Shown: piece after piece, positions 31,482-42,242 of the stretch
Numbering within the stretch: position 1 is the first letter of the stretch
Layout: each line of letters opens with the position of its first letter
Assembly (NCBI GenBank): GCA_963773695.1
Contig: CAVZCE010000007.1
Location: 71,325 to 135,324 of the forward strand
DNA length: 64,000 nucleotides
Reading direction: 5' to 3'
Source: an uncultured Chloroflexia bacterium
GTDB lineage: Bacteria > Chloroflexota > Limnocylindria > QHBO01
The notes under the pieces: model-generated
The model's database searches: none
What the model was told of the DNA's origin: nothing
What the model saw: only the letters and a program-made list of their open reading frames with translations
Position numbers and translations under genes: made by a program

Positions 31482-32615
31482 CTACATGTGGGGCGTGTGG
31501 ATCCCGATGTCCTCGGCCGCGGGCGGCAGCACGTCCACGGTCGGCTCCTCGCCGTCGCCGAAGGCGACCCTGCCGCTCTTGATCCGCTCGGGCAGCTCGC
31601 CGACCGACACCGGGAAGTGACAGGCCACCTGGTGACCGGGTGCCAGCTCCACGAGTGGCGGCTCCTCCACCGCGCAGCGCTCCTGGGCCTGGAAGCAGCG
31701 CGTGCGGAAGACGCAGCCGCTTGGTGGATCGATGGGGCTCGGGAGATCCCCCTGCAGCACGATGCGGGTCCGGCCCCGCTGCCGCTTGGGATCCGGGATC
31801 GGCACCGCGGAGAGGAGCGAGTGGGTGTAGGGGTGCAGCGGCTCGGTGTAGATCGTCTTGCGCGGGGCGCTCTCGACCACGTGCCCCAGGTACATCACCG
31901 ACACGCGGTGGGTGATCTGCCGCACCACGGCGAGATCGTGGGCCACGAACAGGTAGGCGATCCCGAACTCCTGCTGCAGGTCGCGCAGCAGGTTCAGGAT
32001 CTGGGCCTGGATCGACACGTCCAGGGCGGAGACGGGCTCGTCGCAGACGATGAGCTCCGGCCGCAGGGCGACCGCCCGCGCGATGCCGATGCGCTGCCGC
32101 TGCCCACCCGAGAACTCGTTCGGATAGCGGTTGTAGTGCTCGGGGTTCAGGCCGACGCGCTCCATGAGCTCCATCACGGCGTTCTTGACGCCGCCCGGGG
32201 GCTCGACCCCCTGCACCCTGAAGGGCGCGCTGATGATGCCCCCCACGGTGTGCCGCGGGTTCAGGGCGTTGTAGGGGTCCTGGAAGATCATCTGCGCCTT
32301 CCGACGGAGCGGCATCATCTGCTTGTCGGAGAGGCCCATGAGCTCATCGCCGTCGAGCTTGATGCTGCCGCTGGTGGGTTCCACCAGCATCAGGACCGAG
32401 CGCGCCGCGGTCGTCTTCCCGGACCCGGATTCGCCCACCAGTCCCAGGGTCTCGCCGCGGCGGATGTACAGATCGATGCCGTCCACCGCCTTCACGTAGC
32501 CGACCGTCCGCGGGATGAGCCCGCGCGACTTGACGGGGAAGTAGGTGTGCAGGTCGGTGGCGCGCAGGATCTCCTTCTCGGTCGAGGGCGCCTCCGGAGC
32601 GGCCATGGTTGTCAT
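31482..32615 (-). CDS. oligopeptide/dipeptide ABC transporter ATP-binding protein (OppF/DppF-type)
   Basis: Walker A GESGSGKT, signature LSGGQRQR, Walker B and a C-terminal oligopeptide-ABC extension. Confidence 0.85.
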   Translation of the reverse strand: MTTMAAPEAPSTEKEILRATDLHTYFPVKSRGLIPRTVGYVKAVDGIDLYIRRGETLGLVGESGSGKTTAARSVLMLVEPTSGSIKLDGDELMGLSDKQMMPLRRKAQMIFQDPYNALNPRHTVGGIISAPFRVQGVEPPGGVKNAVMELMERVGLNPEHYNRYPNEFSGGQRQRIGIARAVALRPELIVCDEPVSALDVSIQAQILNLLRDLQQEFGIAYLFVAHDLAVVRQITHRVSVMYLGHVVESAPRKTIYTEPLHPYTHSLLSAVPIPDPKRQRGRTRIVLQGDLPSPIDPPSGCVFRTRCFQAQERCAVEEPPLVELAPGHQVACHFPVSVGELPERIKSGRVAFGDGEEPTVDVLPPAAEDIGIHTPHM

Positions 32616-33688
32616 TCCTCGTCTCCCGAGAGCGCCTGAAGTATCTCGGCCGAGATGCGCCGGCGCTCCTCCGTCGGCAGGTGGCAGCGAACGAAGTGCC
32701 CCGGCTCGGATTCCAGCAGCTCGGGACGTTCCGTCTGCGACAGGCCGTGCGTCCGGTCCGCGTAGTTGCAGCGCGGATGGAAGACGCAGCCCTTCGGGAG
32801 CCGGATGGGCGACGGCGGGTTTCCGCGGATCGGTTCGAGCCGCTCTGCCTGCCCCCCGTCCATCCGCGGGATCGACGACAGAAGCCCGAGCGTGTAGGGC
32901 ATCTCCGGGCGGTCGTAGAGGACCCCCGTGGGCGCCAGCTCCACGATGCGTCCGGCGTACATGACGGCGACGTCGTCCGCCACGTCGGCCACGATTCCGA
33001 GGTCGTGGGTGATGAGGATGACCGTCGTTCCGAACTCCGCCTGCAGACTCTGGATCAGCTCCAGGATCTGCGCCTGGACCGTCACGTCGAGCGCGGTCGT
33101 CGGCTCATCGGCGATCAGCAGGGCGGGCGAGTTGATCAATGCCATCGCGATCATGACGCGCTGCCGCATGCCGCCGGAGAGCTGGTGCGGATAGGCATCC
33201 ACGCGCCGCTCCACGGCGGGAATCCCCACCCGGTGGAGCATCTCGATCGTCTCGCGCCGGGCCTGAGCCTGGCTGACCTGGCGATGCGCCTTGATCGCCT
33301 CGATGATCTGGTCGCCGATGCGGTAGAACGGATGGAGGCTCGACATCGGGTCCTGGAAGATCATGGCCATCTCTGAGCCGCGCAGGGCCTGCACCTCTGC
33401 GGGCGACATGGCGAGCAGGTTGCGGCCGTCAAGCCAGATCTCTCCGGCCATCTGCGAGGCATGGCGATCGATCAGGCCCATGACCGCCTGGGCGGTCACG
33501 CTCTTGCCGGAGCCGGATTCGCCGACGATCGCCAGCGTCTTGCCCTGCTCGAGGTTGAAGGAGACGCCGTCCACCGCGAGCACCAGCCCGTCCTCGGTGG
33601 GAAACCGGACGGACAGATCCGAGACCGACAGGAAGGGTCGGTCTGTCGACGCGCCCACCGAGCGCGTCAGGGACACGTCAGAGATCAT
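32612..33688 (-). CDS. oligopeptide/dipeptide ABC transporter ATP-binding protein (OppD/DppD-type)
   Basis: Walker A GESGSGKS, signature LSGGMRQR; 4-nt overlaps with both neighbours. Confidence 0.85.
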   Translation of the reverse strand: MISDVSLTRSVGASTDRPFLSVSDLSVRFPTEDGLVLAVDGVSFNLEQGKTLAIVGESGSGKSVTAQAVMGLIDRHASQMAGEIWLDGRNLLAMSPAEVQALRGSEMAMIFQDPMSSLHPFYRIGDQIIEAIKAHRQVSQAQARRETIEMLHRVGIPAVERRVDAYPHQLSGGMRQRVMIAMALINSPALLIADEPTTALDVTVQAQILELIQSLQAEFGTTVILITHDLGIVADVADDVAVMYAGRIVELAPTGVLYDRPEMPYTLGLLSSIPRMDGGQAERLEPIRGNPPSPIRLPKGCVFHPRCNYADRTHGLSQTERPELLESEPGHFVRCHLPTEERRRISAEILQALSGDEE

Positions 33689-34677
33689 GCAACCCTCACG
33701 CGTGGGTCGATCATCGCATACAGCAGGTCGACGACCAGGTTCGCCACGATGATGAACGTCGCCGACACCAGCGTGATGCCGGTGATCAGCGGGAGGTCGG
33801 AGTTGAGGACCGACCCGACCGCGAGCGAACCCAGGCCGGGCAGGCTGAAGATGCTCTCCGTGATGATGGCGCCACCGAGGAGGTAGGCCAGGTCGAGTCC
33901 GGCCGCCGTCACGATGGGGGTCAGGCCGGCGCGCAGCGCGTGCTTGACCACCACGACGCGCTCCGGCAGCCCCTTCGCACGTGCGGTCCGCACGAAGTCG
34001 TCACTGAACACCTCGAGCACCTGGTTGCGCGTGAGTCGCATGTAGAACGCCGCGTTCAGGACCGCGATGACGATCCAGGGAAGGATCATCGTCTGCAGGA
34101 AGCGGACGGGGTCCTCGAAGGGCGATACCCAGGTCGGGAATGGCAGGAAGTTCCATTTGAGCACGACGAAGAAGATCAGCACGAGCCCGATGAAGAACGA
34201 AGGCATGGAGTAGCCGATGAGGGCAACCCCCATGACCGTCTTGTCCTGCCAGCGCCCTCGTCTGAGGGCCGCGTATATGCCGAGCGATATGCCCGTCACA
34301 AGCCAGAGGATGAAGCCGCCCAGCGCGAGCCAGAAGGTGACCGGCGCGGCCCGCGCGATGAGATCGAGCACGAGCTGGCGGCGGTTGAACGAGTAGCCGA
34401 GGCATGGCGCGTTGCACACGATCGGCTCGGGGGAGTCGGGAGAGAAGGTCCGCCCGAAGAAAATGCCCGTCAGGAACTTGGTGTACTGGGTCACCACCGG
34501 CTCGTCGAGCCCGAGCCGATGCCGGTTCGCCGCGATGATCTGCGGGGAGCACGCCTTCCCGCACGTCAGCCGTGCGGGGTCGCCCGGCAGCAGGTTGAAG
34601 AGGAAGAAGACGGCGATGCTGAGCAGGAACAGGAGCAGCAGCATCCCAAGAACCCGGCGAACGATGTACCCGAACAC
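33685..34677 (-). CDS. ABC transporter permease (OppB/DppB-type)
   Basis: 330 aa; 6 TM; binding-protein-dependent transport signature region. Confidence 0.85.
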   Translation of the reverse strand: MFGYIVRRVLGMLLLLFLLSIAVFFLFNLLPGDPARLTCGKACSPQIIAANRHRLGLDEPVVTQYTKFLTGIFFGRTFSPDSPEPIVCNAPCLGYSFNRRQLVLDLIARAAPVTFWLALGGFILWLVTGISLGIYAALRRGRWQDKTVMGVALIGYSMPSFFIGLVLIFFVVLKWNFLPFPTWVSPFEDPVRFLQTMILPWIVIAVLNAAFYMRLTRNQVLEVFSDDFVRTARAKGLPERVVVVKHALRAGLTPIVTAAGLDLAYLLGGAIITESIFSLPGLGSLAVGSVLNSDLPLITGITLVSATFIIVANLVVDLLYAMIDPRVRVA

Positions 34678-34759
34678 GCTGCTTGCTCTCCTGCGACTCT
34701 ATCAGGGATGTGCTCCGGGGAGCGGCGCTGCGCCGCTCCCCGGAACCGGACGCTGGTGC

Positions 34760-36565
34760 CTACTGGACGACGTACATCTCTCCATACGGCCAGGAGCCGT
34801 ACGGTGCCCACTGGTAGACGGGCTTGACCTTGGTGCCGGCCAGGACCTGGGTCCGGCCGAAGGTCGTCGGGATGGTGAAGACGTTCTGTGAGGCTTCCTT
34901 GTTGAGGTCCTGCCACATCGTCGCCTGCTTGGCGTGATCAAGCTCGCTCAGGGCGGCCTTGATCTTGTCCAGCCACTGCGGGTCATCCGCAGCGCTGCAC
35001 TTGGGATCGCAGACGCGCGACAGGTCCCATCCGCCCTTCACCGTGGTGAGCGGCGGAATGATGGTGGAGGCGTTCGGCCAGTCAGGACCCCAGCCGGCCC
35101 ATCCGAACTGGTGAGCCTTCTGGTTGTCGAACACGACGCTGTAGTACTGGCCGGGCTCGATCGGGTTGAGGGTGATCTTGAAGCCGGCCTTCTCGAGCGA
35201 AGACTTGACGATGGCCGCTTCCTTGTCACGCGTCGGCGTGGTCGGGTAGTCCCACGTCAGGGCGGGTGCCGCCTCGCCGGACTGCTGGATCAGCTGCTTG
35301 GCGAATGCGGGATCGCCGTTATCCGGAACGTTCTCGCCGAGGAGACCGGTCCACATCCCGGTGGGCGCGTACTGGTCGCCGAGGTTCGGCTTGATCAGGC
35401 CGTCGCCCAGGTCACCGGCGAATGCGCCGCCGGCGTTGGCGCGGATCGCGGCACGGTCGAGGGCGACTGCCATCGCCTGCCGGATCTTCACGTTCGGCAC
35501 CTTCTGGACGTCAATCCAGTAGTACCGGGCATACGGGTCGAGATCGCTGATCGCGCGGCCCGCATAGTCAGGATTCGGGGTCTCCGCGTCCTTGAAGATC
35601 GTGGTCAGGTTCTCGGTCTGGACGTTGCCGTACTGAATCGCGTAGGCATCGTTCCCGCTGCTCTGCATGAGCCGCTGGTCCATGACCTTGGGATCCAGGC
35701 CGAAGTCGATCTCCCACTTGTCCGGGTACGCCTTCCGAATCGGATCGCTGGAGGCGTTCCACTTCGGGTTGCGAACCAGGATCATCTTGCCGCCGTTGCC
35801 GGTGGTGTAGCTGTCGATCTGGTACGGGCCCGAGGAGACCGGGTGGTCACCGTAGCTCTCGCCCTTGTCCTGGGCCTTGGGCACAGGATTGAAGCCGAGG
35901 GTCGTGGTGTAGTTGAAGTCCGCGACCGGCTGGTTCAGCTTGAAGGTGATGGTCTTGCCATCGGCCGAGCATGAGACAGCCTTGTCGTACAGGGCCTGCT
36001 GTGCTGCCGTGGCCTTGTAGGGCCCGGGGTACTGCGAGGTCCCGTCCGAATTGGTCGGGATGTCCAGGTACTGGATCTGGTAGGTCGGTCCCTGGTTGAT
36101 GACGTCCGTGGCGAACGTCCGCGAGACACCGTACGCGACATCCGCGCAGGTGATCGGCGAGCCGTCCTGGAACGTCAGGCCGTCACGCAGGGTGAAGGTC
36201 CACGTCGTCGCATCCGGGCTCGCCTGGCCGGTGTCGGTCGCCATGTCCGGGACCAGCGTGTCCGCCTCGGCCTTGTCGGTCGAGTACTTGTAGGACACGA
36301 GCGACCGGTAGATCGTCGCCCCAAAGAAGGCGAGGTCCTCGCCGGTGTAGACGCGCTGCGGATCGACCTGATCCCACTGCTCGCCCTGCGTCAAGATGTA
36401 GATCGTCCCGCCCGCCTTCGGCGCAGTGCTCGAAGTCGCTGCAGGCTGCGATCCACTTGTCGACGGCGTCGTCGAGGTACCCGACGTGCCGCACGCGGCT
36501 AGGGCAAGGGTGATGGCGACACCCAGTGCCGAGCCACGGAGCAACCGTCCGTGTGATCTCACCAT
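34760..36565 (-). CDS. ABC transporter substrate-binding lipoprotein, family 5 (peptide/nickel)
   Basis: 601 aa from ATG at 36563-36565; lipobox LALAACGTSG; SBP_bac_5-like. Confidence 0.8.
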   Translation of the reverse strand: MVRSHGRLLRGSALGVAITLALAACGTSGTSTTPSTSGSQPAATSSTAPKAGGTIYILTQGEQWDQVDPQRVYTGEDLAFFGATIYRSLVSYKYSTDKAEADTLVPDMATDTGQASPDATTWTFTLRDGLTFQDGSPITCADVAYGVSRTFATDVINQGPTYQIQYLDIPTNSDGTSQYPGPYKATAAQQALYDKAVSCSADGKTITFKLNQPVADFNYTTTLGFNPVPKAQDKGESYGDHPVSSGPYQIDSYTTGNGGKMILVRNPKWNASSDPIRKAYPDKWEIDFGLDPKVMDQRLMQSSGNDAYAIQYGNVQTENLTTIFKDAETPNPDYAGRAISDLDPYARYYWIDVQKVPNVKIRQAMAVALDRAAIRANAGGAFAGDLGDGLIKPNLGDQYAPTGMWTGLLGENVPDNGDPAFAKQLIQQSGEAAPALTWDYPTTPTRDKEAAIVKSSLEKAGFKITLNPIEPGQYYSVVFDNQKAHQFGWAGWGPDWPNASTIIPPLTTVKGGWDLSRVCDPKCSAADDPQWLDKIKAALSELDHAKQATMWQDLNKEASQNVFTIPTTFGRTQVLAGTKVKPVYQWAPYGSWPYGEMYVVQ

Positions 36566-36694
36566 ATTCCGTCCTCCAACGAGAGAGGCCCCGGAAGGCC
36601 CCGCGCAAATTGATGCCAGATCATACACATTGACTGCCGGGCATGTTCAAAAATCAGCGGCTCCTCCTCGCGACTGAATTTGGATGTCGCCGGT

Positions 36695-37672
36695 TCAGTG
36701 AATGGCCTTCGGATCCAGCGCGTCCCGGAGCGAGTCGCCGAGCAGGTTGAACGAGACAACCAGCACGACGAGGAGCGTTCCGGGAATAAACAGGTAGGTT
36801 GGCACCACGTTGAAGTAGCTCACCGAGTTGGCGAGCATTGCTCCGAACGTCGTGTCTGGCGGAATCACGCCAACACCGAGGAACGACAGCGCCGCCTCCA
36901 GGCCGATATAGGCCGGCAGTGTGAGCGTCGCGTAGACGATGATCGGGGCCCACAGGTTCGGCAGGATCTCCGTGAAGAGGATCCGCCGCCGGCTGGAGCC
37001 CATGGCGACCGCCGCCTCGACGAACTCGCGTTCGCGCAGGCTGAGCACCTGGCCGCGCACGATGCGGGCGAGGTACGGCCAGCCAAAGACGCTCATCACC
37101 AGGATCAGGTAGAGGATGCGGGACGCATTCCCCTCGGGGACGCCGATCTGCGTCAGGCGCTGGGTGAGGACCCCGGACAGGGCGAGGATGATCAGGAGGA
37201 ACGGGAAGGCCAGGACCAGGTCCATGATCCGCCCGATGATGATGTCGGTCCAGCCGCTGGCATAGCCGGCGATGATGCCGACCACGATGCCGATGCTGAC
37301 GGTCAGGAACGTCGCGCTGGTGGCGATCGTAAGCGAGATGCGCAGCCCGAACAGGAGCTGAGCGAAGATGTCTCGTCCGGTCCCCCATTCGACGCCGAGC
37401 GGGTGGTGCAGGCTGACCCCGCCGAAGGGAAGCTTCGGCTGGCCGCCCAGGTCGCTGATGGAGCTGAAGTCGAACCGGTACGGGTCGACGCCCACCATCC
37501 CGCCGATGATGGGACCGAGAATGGCGGTCAGGTACATCACGACGAGAACGACCAGGCAGATCATTGCCAGGCGGTCTCGGCGGAGACGCGTCCAGACGAT
37601 CTGGCGGAGGCTACGACCAGCGGTGGTCTGGGCTTCACCGGAGAAGCCGGCCACGTCCTGAATGGCTACCAT
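36695..37672 (-). CDS. ABC transporter permease (OppC/DppC-type)
   Basis: 325 aa; 6 TM; first gene of the operon, giving the order C-A-B-D-F. Confidence 0.85.
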   Translation of the reverse strand: MVAIQDVAGFSGEAQTTAGRSLRQIVWTRLRRDRLAMICLVVLVVMYLTAILGPIIGGMVGVDPYRFDFSSISDLGGQPKLPFGGVSLHHPLGVEWGTGRDIFAQLLFGLRISLTIATSATFLTVSIGIVVGIIAGYASGWTDIIIGRIMDLVLAFPFLLIILALSGVLTQRLTQIGVPEGNASRILYLILVMSVFGWPYLARIVRGQVLSLREREFVEAAVAMGSSRRRILFTEILPNLWAPIIVYATLTLPAYIGLEAALSFLGVGVIPPDTTFGAMLANSVSYFNVVPTYLFIPGTLLVVLVVSFNLLGDSLRDALDPKAIH

Positions 37673-37702
37673 CGGCGGGAGCGTATCACGTCGTGCTCGC
37701 TC

Positions 37703-38116
37703 TCATAGTCCGAACTTTGGCGTGCGGCCCGACCAGACGATCCATTCGGACGTCGCCGGGCGGCCCGAGTGGTCCGCCGGTGCAGGCTGCGTCCACCACC
37801 CGCCGGCCAGCAGCGGCCGGTCCTGGGGCGTGGCCTCCGGATTGGCGAGTGCCTCTGGAGGGGCGTCCCAGTCCGTCTCCGGACTGAGCACCCGCTGGCG
37901 CACAAGCTGCCAGGTGATGGCCGACGGACCCGCGTAGGCGACGCGCGCCTGCAGCGCGCGTCGCAGCTGCATTCCCAGCGCCCGGTCGATCTCCCACTCG
38001 CTGCGGCACGCAGCGCATGAGAGCAGGTGCTCCGAGTCCGGCACGGAACCGGAATCACGGTCGCCGGCGAAGCACCGCCGCGGAGGCAGCTGGCGAGACG
38101 CGTTACGGCAGCTCAT
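37703..38116 (-). CDS. zinc-associated anti-sigma factor (ZAS, RsrA-like)
   Basis: 137 aa; HxxxCxxC motif (EHLLSCAAC); its ATG lies inside the last codons of the upstream sigma gene (ATGAGCTGCCGTAA). Confidence 0.6.
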   Translation of the reverse strand: MSCRNASRQLPPRRCFAGDRDSGSVPDSEHLLSCAACRSEWEIDRALGMQLRRALQARVAYAGPSAITWQLVRQRVLSPETDWDAPPEALANPEATPQDRPLLAGGWWTQPAPADHSGRPATSEWIVWSGRTPKFGL

Positions 38117-38699
38117 CAATCGCGAGCCTCGTCGACTTGGGCGCCGGCGCCAGCCGCTCCTCGGGGAGCCGGGCGCGCAGTGCCTTGAGGGCATAGTGGA
38201 TGCGGGACTTCATGGTCCCGACGTTGCAGTCCGCGATCTCCGCCGCCTCGGCGAGCGAGTAGCCGTGGAGGTAGTAGAGGATGACGGCGGTCCGATGCTT
38301 GGGTGGCAGCGCGTCGATGCCACGCTGCAGGACCTCGACGATCTCCTGGGATTCGACGATCTGCTCCGGCCGGGCGCGCAGGTCCGCCACGATATTCGTG
38401 ATCAGGGTGGTCAGCGGCTCCATGATCGCCCGCCGCCGCGCGATGCGCGTGTAGCACAGGTTCGTGGTCACACGCTGCAGCCAGGGGAGGGGCGAGACAT
38501 CGCGCCGCAGGCGATCCCGATGCCGGTACGCCTTCACGAAACAATCTTGCAGAACCTCCTCCGCCAGGAACGGGTCACGGGTGATCGCCAGCGCGGTGGC
38601 GTGCACCGGCCGCTTGTATCTGTGGAAGAACTCCTCGAAGGCATCCAGGTCCCCCGACTGGATACGTTCGACGAGCCCGTCCGGCTGCGTCGTTTTCAC
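38103..38699 (-). CDS. ECF (sigma-70 family, group 4) RNA polymerase sigma factor
   Basis: 198 aa from GTG; region 2 (DLDAFEEFFHRYKRPVHATALAITRDPFLAEEVLQDCFVKAY) and region 4 HTH (YYLHGYSLAEAAEIADCNVGTMKSRIHYA). Confidence 0.75.
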   Translation of the reverse strand: MKTTQPDGLVERIQSGDLDAFEEFFHRYKRPVHATALAITRDPFLAEEVLQDCFVKAYRHRDRLRRDVSPLPWLQRVTTNLCYTRIARRRAIMEPLTTLITNIVADLRARPEQIVESQEIVEVLQRGIDALPPKHRTAVILYYLHGYSLAEAAEIADCNVGTMKSRIHYALKALRARLPEERLAPAPKSTRLAIDELP

Positions 38700-38760
38700 T
38701 GGCACCCCGTGATCACATACGCCCGAGCAACTAGATATACGTTGCCGGTCACGGATCGGT

Positions 38761-40428
38761 TCAATGCGACTCGCTCGAACGGCCCGCCGCAGCCGCCTCG
38801 AAGTCGTGGCGCAGATCGGGATGGCGAGCGGCACCTGCCTCGTCGAGCCGTCCCACCGGCGTGGTGGACGGGGCTGCCCTGAGGGCCGCGGGATCGGCCG
38901 CCGCAGTCCGCGCGATCTCGTGCATGACCTCCACGAAGCGGTCGAGCGTCTCGAGGCTCTCCGTCTCCGTGGGCTCGATCATGAGCGCCTCCTCGACGAT
39001 GAGCGGGAAGTAGATCGTGGGCGGGTGCATCCCGTGGTCGAGGATCGCCTTCGCGATATCCAGGGTGGTGACCCCGTGCTCGTGCTTCTGCCGGCGTCCG
39101 GAGAAGACGACCTCGTGCTTGCAGATCCGGTCGTAGGGCAGGTCGAAGGCATCCGCCAGGCGCACGCGGAGGTAGTTGGCGGCCAGGACGGCGTCGTTGC
39201 TGATCTCGCGCAGCCCCTCGCCGCCGTTCGAGCGGATGTAGGTGTAGGCCCGGACGTGCATCCCGAAGTTGCCTGCGAAGGCGCGCACCTTGCCGATGGC
39301 GGCGGGCCGAGCGTCATCCGCCTCGAGCGCGAAGCTGGCCCCGGGCGTCGAGCGCCCGGCCCACGCGTTGGCGCGCACCTGGTCCGCGTCCCCGGCGACG
39401 AGGAGGGGCAGCGGCGCCGGCAGGAACGGCGCGAGGCGCTCGCTGACGCCGACCGGGCCGGCGCCGGGACCGCCGCCCCCGTGGGGAGTGGAGAAGGTCT
39501 TGTGGAGGTTGATGTGGACGACGTCGAACCCGGCGTCTCCGGGCCGGAACCGGCCGAGAATGGCGTTGAGGTTCGCCCCGTCCATGTAGGCGATGCCGCC
39601 CGCGGCGTGAACCGCCGCCACGACCTGGTCGATCTGGTCCTCGAAGATCCCCAGCGTCGAGGGGTTGGTGATCATGAGCGCCGCCGTGTCCGGCCCCAGC
39701 GCCGCACGCAGGGCGTCGAGGTCGATCCCGCCGCGCTCGTTGGACGGGATGGTGACGGTCTGGTAGCCGACCATCGAGGCCGTCGCGGGGTTCGTACCGT
39801 GCGCGCTGTCGGGCACGAGCACCTTGGTTCGCTGGTCGCCCTCGCCGCGCGAGCGGTGGTAGGCGCGCGTCATGAGCATCCCCGTCAGCTCGCCGTGGGC
39901 GCCGGCCGCCGGCTGCAGCGAGACGGCCGCCATTCCGCTCACCTCGCGCAGCAGCTCTGCCAGGAGCCACTGCAGCTCCAGGCTCCCCTGGCTCAGCACG
40001 GCCGGGTCGAGGGGGTGCGAGGCGGCGAATCCGGGGAGCTGAGCCGCCCACTCGTTCACCTTCGGGTTGTACTTCATCGTGCACGAGCCGAGCGGGTAGA
40101 ACCCGAGGTCGATGGAGTGGTTCAGGTGGCTGAGGCGGTTGAAATGCCGCAGGAGCTCCAGTTCGCTCACCTCCGGCAGGCGCGGCGCCACCGCGCGCCG
40201 CGCCTGCGCGGGGAGCTCCGGCTGGCTCTCGGCCGCCCGCAGCGCCTGGCCGGACGGCGCCGGGAAACGCACGGCGCGCCGCCCGGGTCGCGATCTGTCG
40301 AAGATGCGCGGCTCGACGACCGTGAGCGGCACGCCCGCCTCCGGGGACGTGAATGCCGCCCCGCGTCCGGAGGCGTCGTCGACCTCCGGCGCGCCGCCGG
40401 GCGGGGCGGGACGCTCCGTCACGCTCAT
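38761..40428 (-). CDS. gcvPB: glycine dehydrogenase (decarboxylating) subunit 2
   Basis: 555 aa; PLP-dependent; [16 protein letters not shown] lysine motif. Confidence 0.9.
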   Translation of the reverse strand: MSVTERPAPPGGAPEVDDASGRGAAFTSPEAGVPLTVVEPRIFDRSRPGRRAVRFPAPSGQALRAAESQPELPAQARRAVAPRLPEVSELELLRHFNRLSHLNHSIDLGFYPLGSCTMKYNPKVNEWAAQLPGFAASHPLDPAVLSQGSLELQWLLAELLREVSGMAAVSLQPAAGAHGELTGMLMTRAYHRSRGEGDQRTKVLVPDSAHGTNPATASMVGYQTVTIPSNERGGIDLDALRAALGPDTAALMITNPSTLGIFEDQIDQVVAAVHAAGGIAYMDGANLNAILGRFRPGDAGFDVVHINLHKTFSTPHGGGGPGAGPVGVSERLAPFLPAPLPLLVAGDADQVRANAWAGRSTPGASFALEADDARPAAIGKVRAFAGNFGMHVRAYTYIRSNGGEGLREISNDAVLAANYLRVRLADAFDLPYDRICKHEVVFSGRRQKHEHGVTTLDIAKAILDHGMHPPTIYFPLIVEEALMIEPTETESLETLDRFVEVMHEIARTAAADPAALRAAPSTTPVGRLDEAGAARHPDLRHDFEAAAAGRSSESH

Positions 40429-41768
40429 CGGGTCTCCTCCAGCGCGCGCACCAGGCGCGCGATCTCCTCGTCGGTCGTGAGCTCCGTGGCCGCGAGGAGC
40501 AGGCAGTCACGCAGCTCCGGGTAGTGCGGCTCGAGGAGGAGCCCGGCCACGATCCCACCCTCCGCGAGCGCGGCATGGCGTCGCGCCGCGTCCGGCACGC
40601 GGACCGTCACCTCCGCGAAGTACGGCGCACCGAAGCGACGCTCCCCCACCCCGGCGGCCTCGATCGCCGCGGCCGTGTGGCGCGCCTGCACCGCCGAGAG
40701 CTCGGCGACCTCGCGGAGCCCGTCGGGTCCCACCGCGGAGAGGTACGTCGTGGCGGCAAGGGCGCAGAGCGCCTGGTTGGTGCAGATGTTGCTCGCCGCC
40801 TTCTCGCGGCGGATGTGCTGCTCGCGAGCCTGCAGGGTCAGGACGTAGCCCAGGCGACCCGCGGCATCCCGCGTCGCTCCCACCAGCCGGCCGGGCATCT
40901 GCCGGACCGACGCCATCCTCGCCGCCATCAGTCCCACGTACGGTCCACCGAACGAGAGCGGGATCCCGAGCGGCTGTCCCTCGGCGGTGACGATATCGGC
41001 CCCGTAGCTGCCGGGCGCCGACAGCACCGCCAGCGAGGTCGGCTCCACCATGGCGACGAGCAGCGCCCCGGCGGTGTGCGCCGCCTCGGCGAGCGCGGCC
41101 ATCGGCTCGATCCCGCCGAAGACATTCGGCTGCGCCGCCACCAGGCATGCGACCGAGCCGTCGACGAGGCGTTCCACCGCCTCGACGGGGGTCAGGCCGC
41201 TCCCGCCCTCGCCGAGGTCCGCGGCGACCTCCACGACCTCGATGCCCGGTCCCGAGCAGTAGGTGGCGAGGACGCGCCGCACCTGGGGGCTCACCGCCGT
41301 CGAGACGGCGACGCGGTCGCGGTGGGTCAGGCGGCAGGCCATGAGCGCCGCCTCGGCGGTCGCCGTTGCGCCGTCGTAGTGGCTCGCGCTCGCCACCTCC
41401 ATGCCCGTCAGCTCGCAGACGAGCGACTGGAACTCGTAGATGCTCTGGAGGGTTCCCTGGCTCACCTCGGGCTGGTAGGGGGTGTACGCCGTGGAGAACT
41501 CGCTGCGCCCGATGACCTCGTTCACGACGGCGGGGACGAGATGCCGGTAGGCGCCGGCGCCCAGGAAGCTCACGTCGGGAAGCCGGTTCCGTTCCGCCAG
41601 GCGGGCCAGCTCGCCGCGGACCTCCTGCTCGCTGAGCGGCGCGGGCAGGGAGAAGGAGCGCGGCGCGACCGCCGCCGGGATGTCGGCGAAGAGCTCGTCG
41701 ATGCTCTCCACGCCGACGGCGCCGAGCATCGCCGCGCGGTCGGCATCGGTGTGCGGGCTGTAGCTCAT
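40425..41768 (-). CDS. gcvPA: glycine dehydrogenase (decarboxylating) subunit 1
   Basis: 447 aa; GcvPA family; 4-nt overlap with gcvPB. Confidence 0.9.
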   Translation of the reverse strand: MSYSPHTDADRAAMLGAVGVESIDELFADIPAAVAPRSFSLPAPLSEQEVRGELARLAERNRLPDVSFLGAGAYRHLVPAVVNEVIGRSEFSTAYTPYQPEVSQGTLQSIYEFQSLVCELTGMEVASASHYDGATATAEAALMACRLTHRDRVAVSTAVSPQVRRVLATYCSGPGIEVVEVAADLGEGGSGLTPVEAVERLVDGSVACLVAAQPNVFGGIEPMAALAEAAHTAGALLVAMVEPTSLAVLSAPGSYGADIVTAEGQPLGIPLSFGGPYVGLMAARMASVRQMPGRLVGATRDAAGRLGYVLTLQAREQHIRREKAASNICTNQALCALAATTYLSAVGPDGLREVAELSAVQARHTAAAIEAAGVGERRFGAPYFAEVTVRVPDAARRHAALAEGGIVAGLLLEPHYPELRDCLLLAATELTTDEEIARLVRALEETR

Positions 41769-41782
41769 GGCGACCTCCGCGG

Positions 41783-42160
41783 TCAGCCGGTCAGCTGGCC
41801 GTACGCCTCGGCATCCAGGAGGGCGTCGAGCTCACCGGCATCGGCCAGCTCCACGGTCGCGATCCAGCCGTCCCCGAAGGCGTCGCTGTTCAGCAGCTCG
41901 GGCTCGTCTCGCAGCCGCTCGTTGACGGCCGATACCGTCCCGGAGACCGGTGCGAACAGGTCGCTCACCGCCTTCACGCTCTCGACCACCCCGAAACCGC
42001 CGAACTGCTTCAGGCTGGCACCGACATCGGGCAGCTCCACGAACACGATGTCTCCCAGCTCCTCGGCCGCGAAGCTGGTGATGCCGATGGTGGCGCTCGT
42101 CCCCTCGACGCGCACCCACTCGTGCTCCTTCGTGTAGCGGAGCCCTGCGGGATAGCTCAC
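41783..42160 (-). CDS. gcvH: glycine cleavage system H protein (lipoyl carrier)
   Basis: 125 aa; lipoyl-lysine motif VESVKAVSDLFAPVSG. Confidence 0.9.
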   Translation of the reverse strand: MSYPAGLRYTKEHEWVRVEGTSATIGITSFAAEELGDIVFVELPDVGASLKQFGGFGVVESVKAVSDLFAPVSGTVSAVNERLRDEPELLNSDAFGDGWIATVELADAGELDALLDAEAYGQLTG

Positions 42161-42242
42161 CGAACCTCCTGCTTCACCTCAGATGCGCGCGGTTGGGCCG
42201 ATGGCGCCGGCGACGGACGAGCCGTCGAGACCCGGGCGCCGC

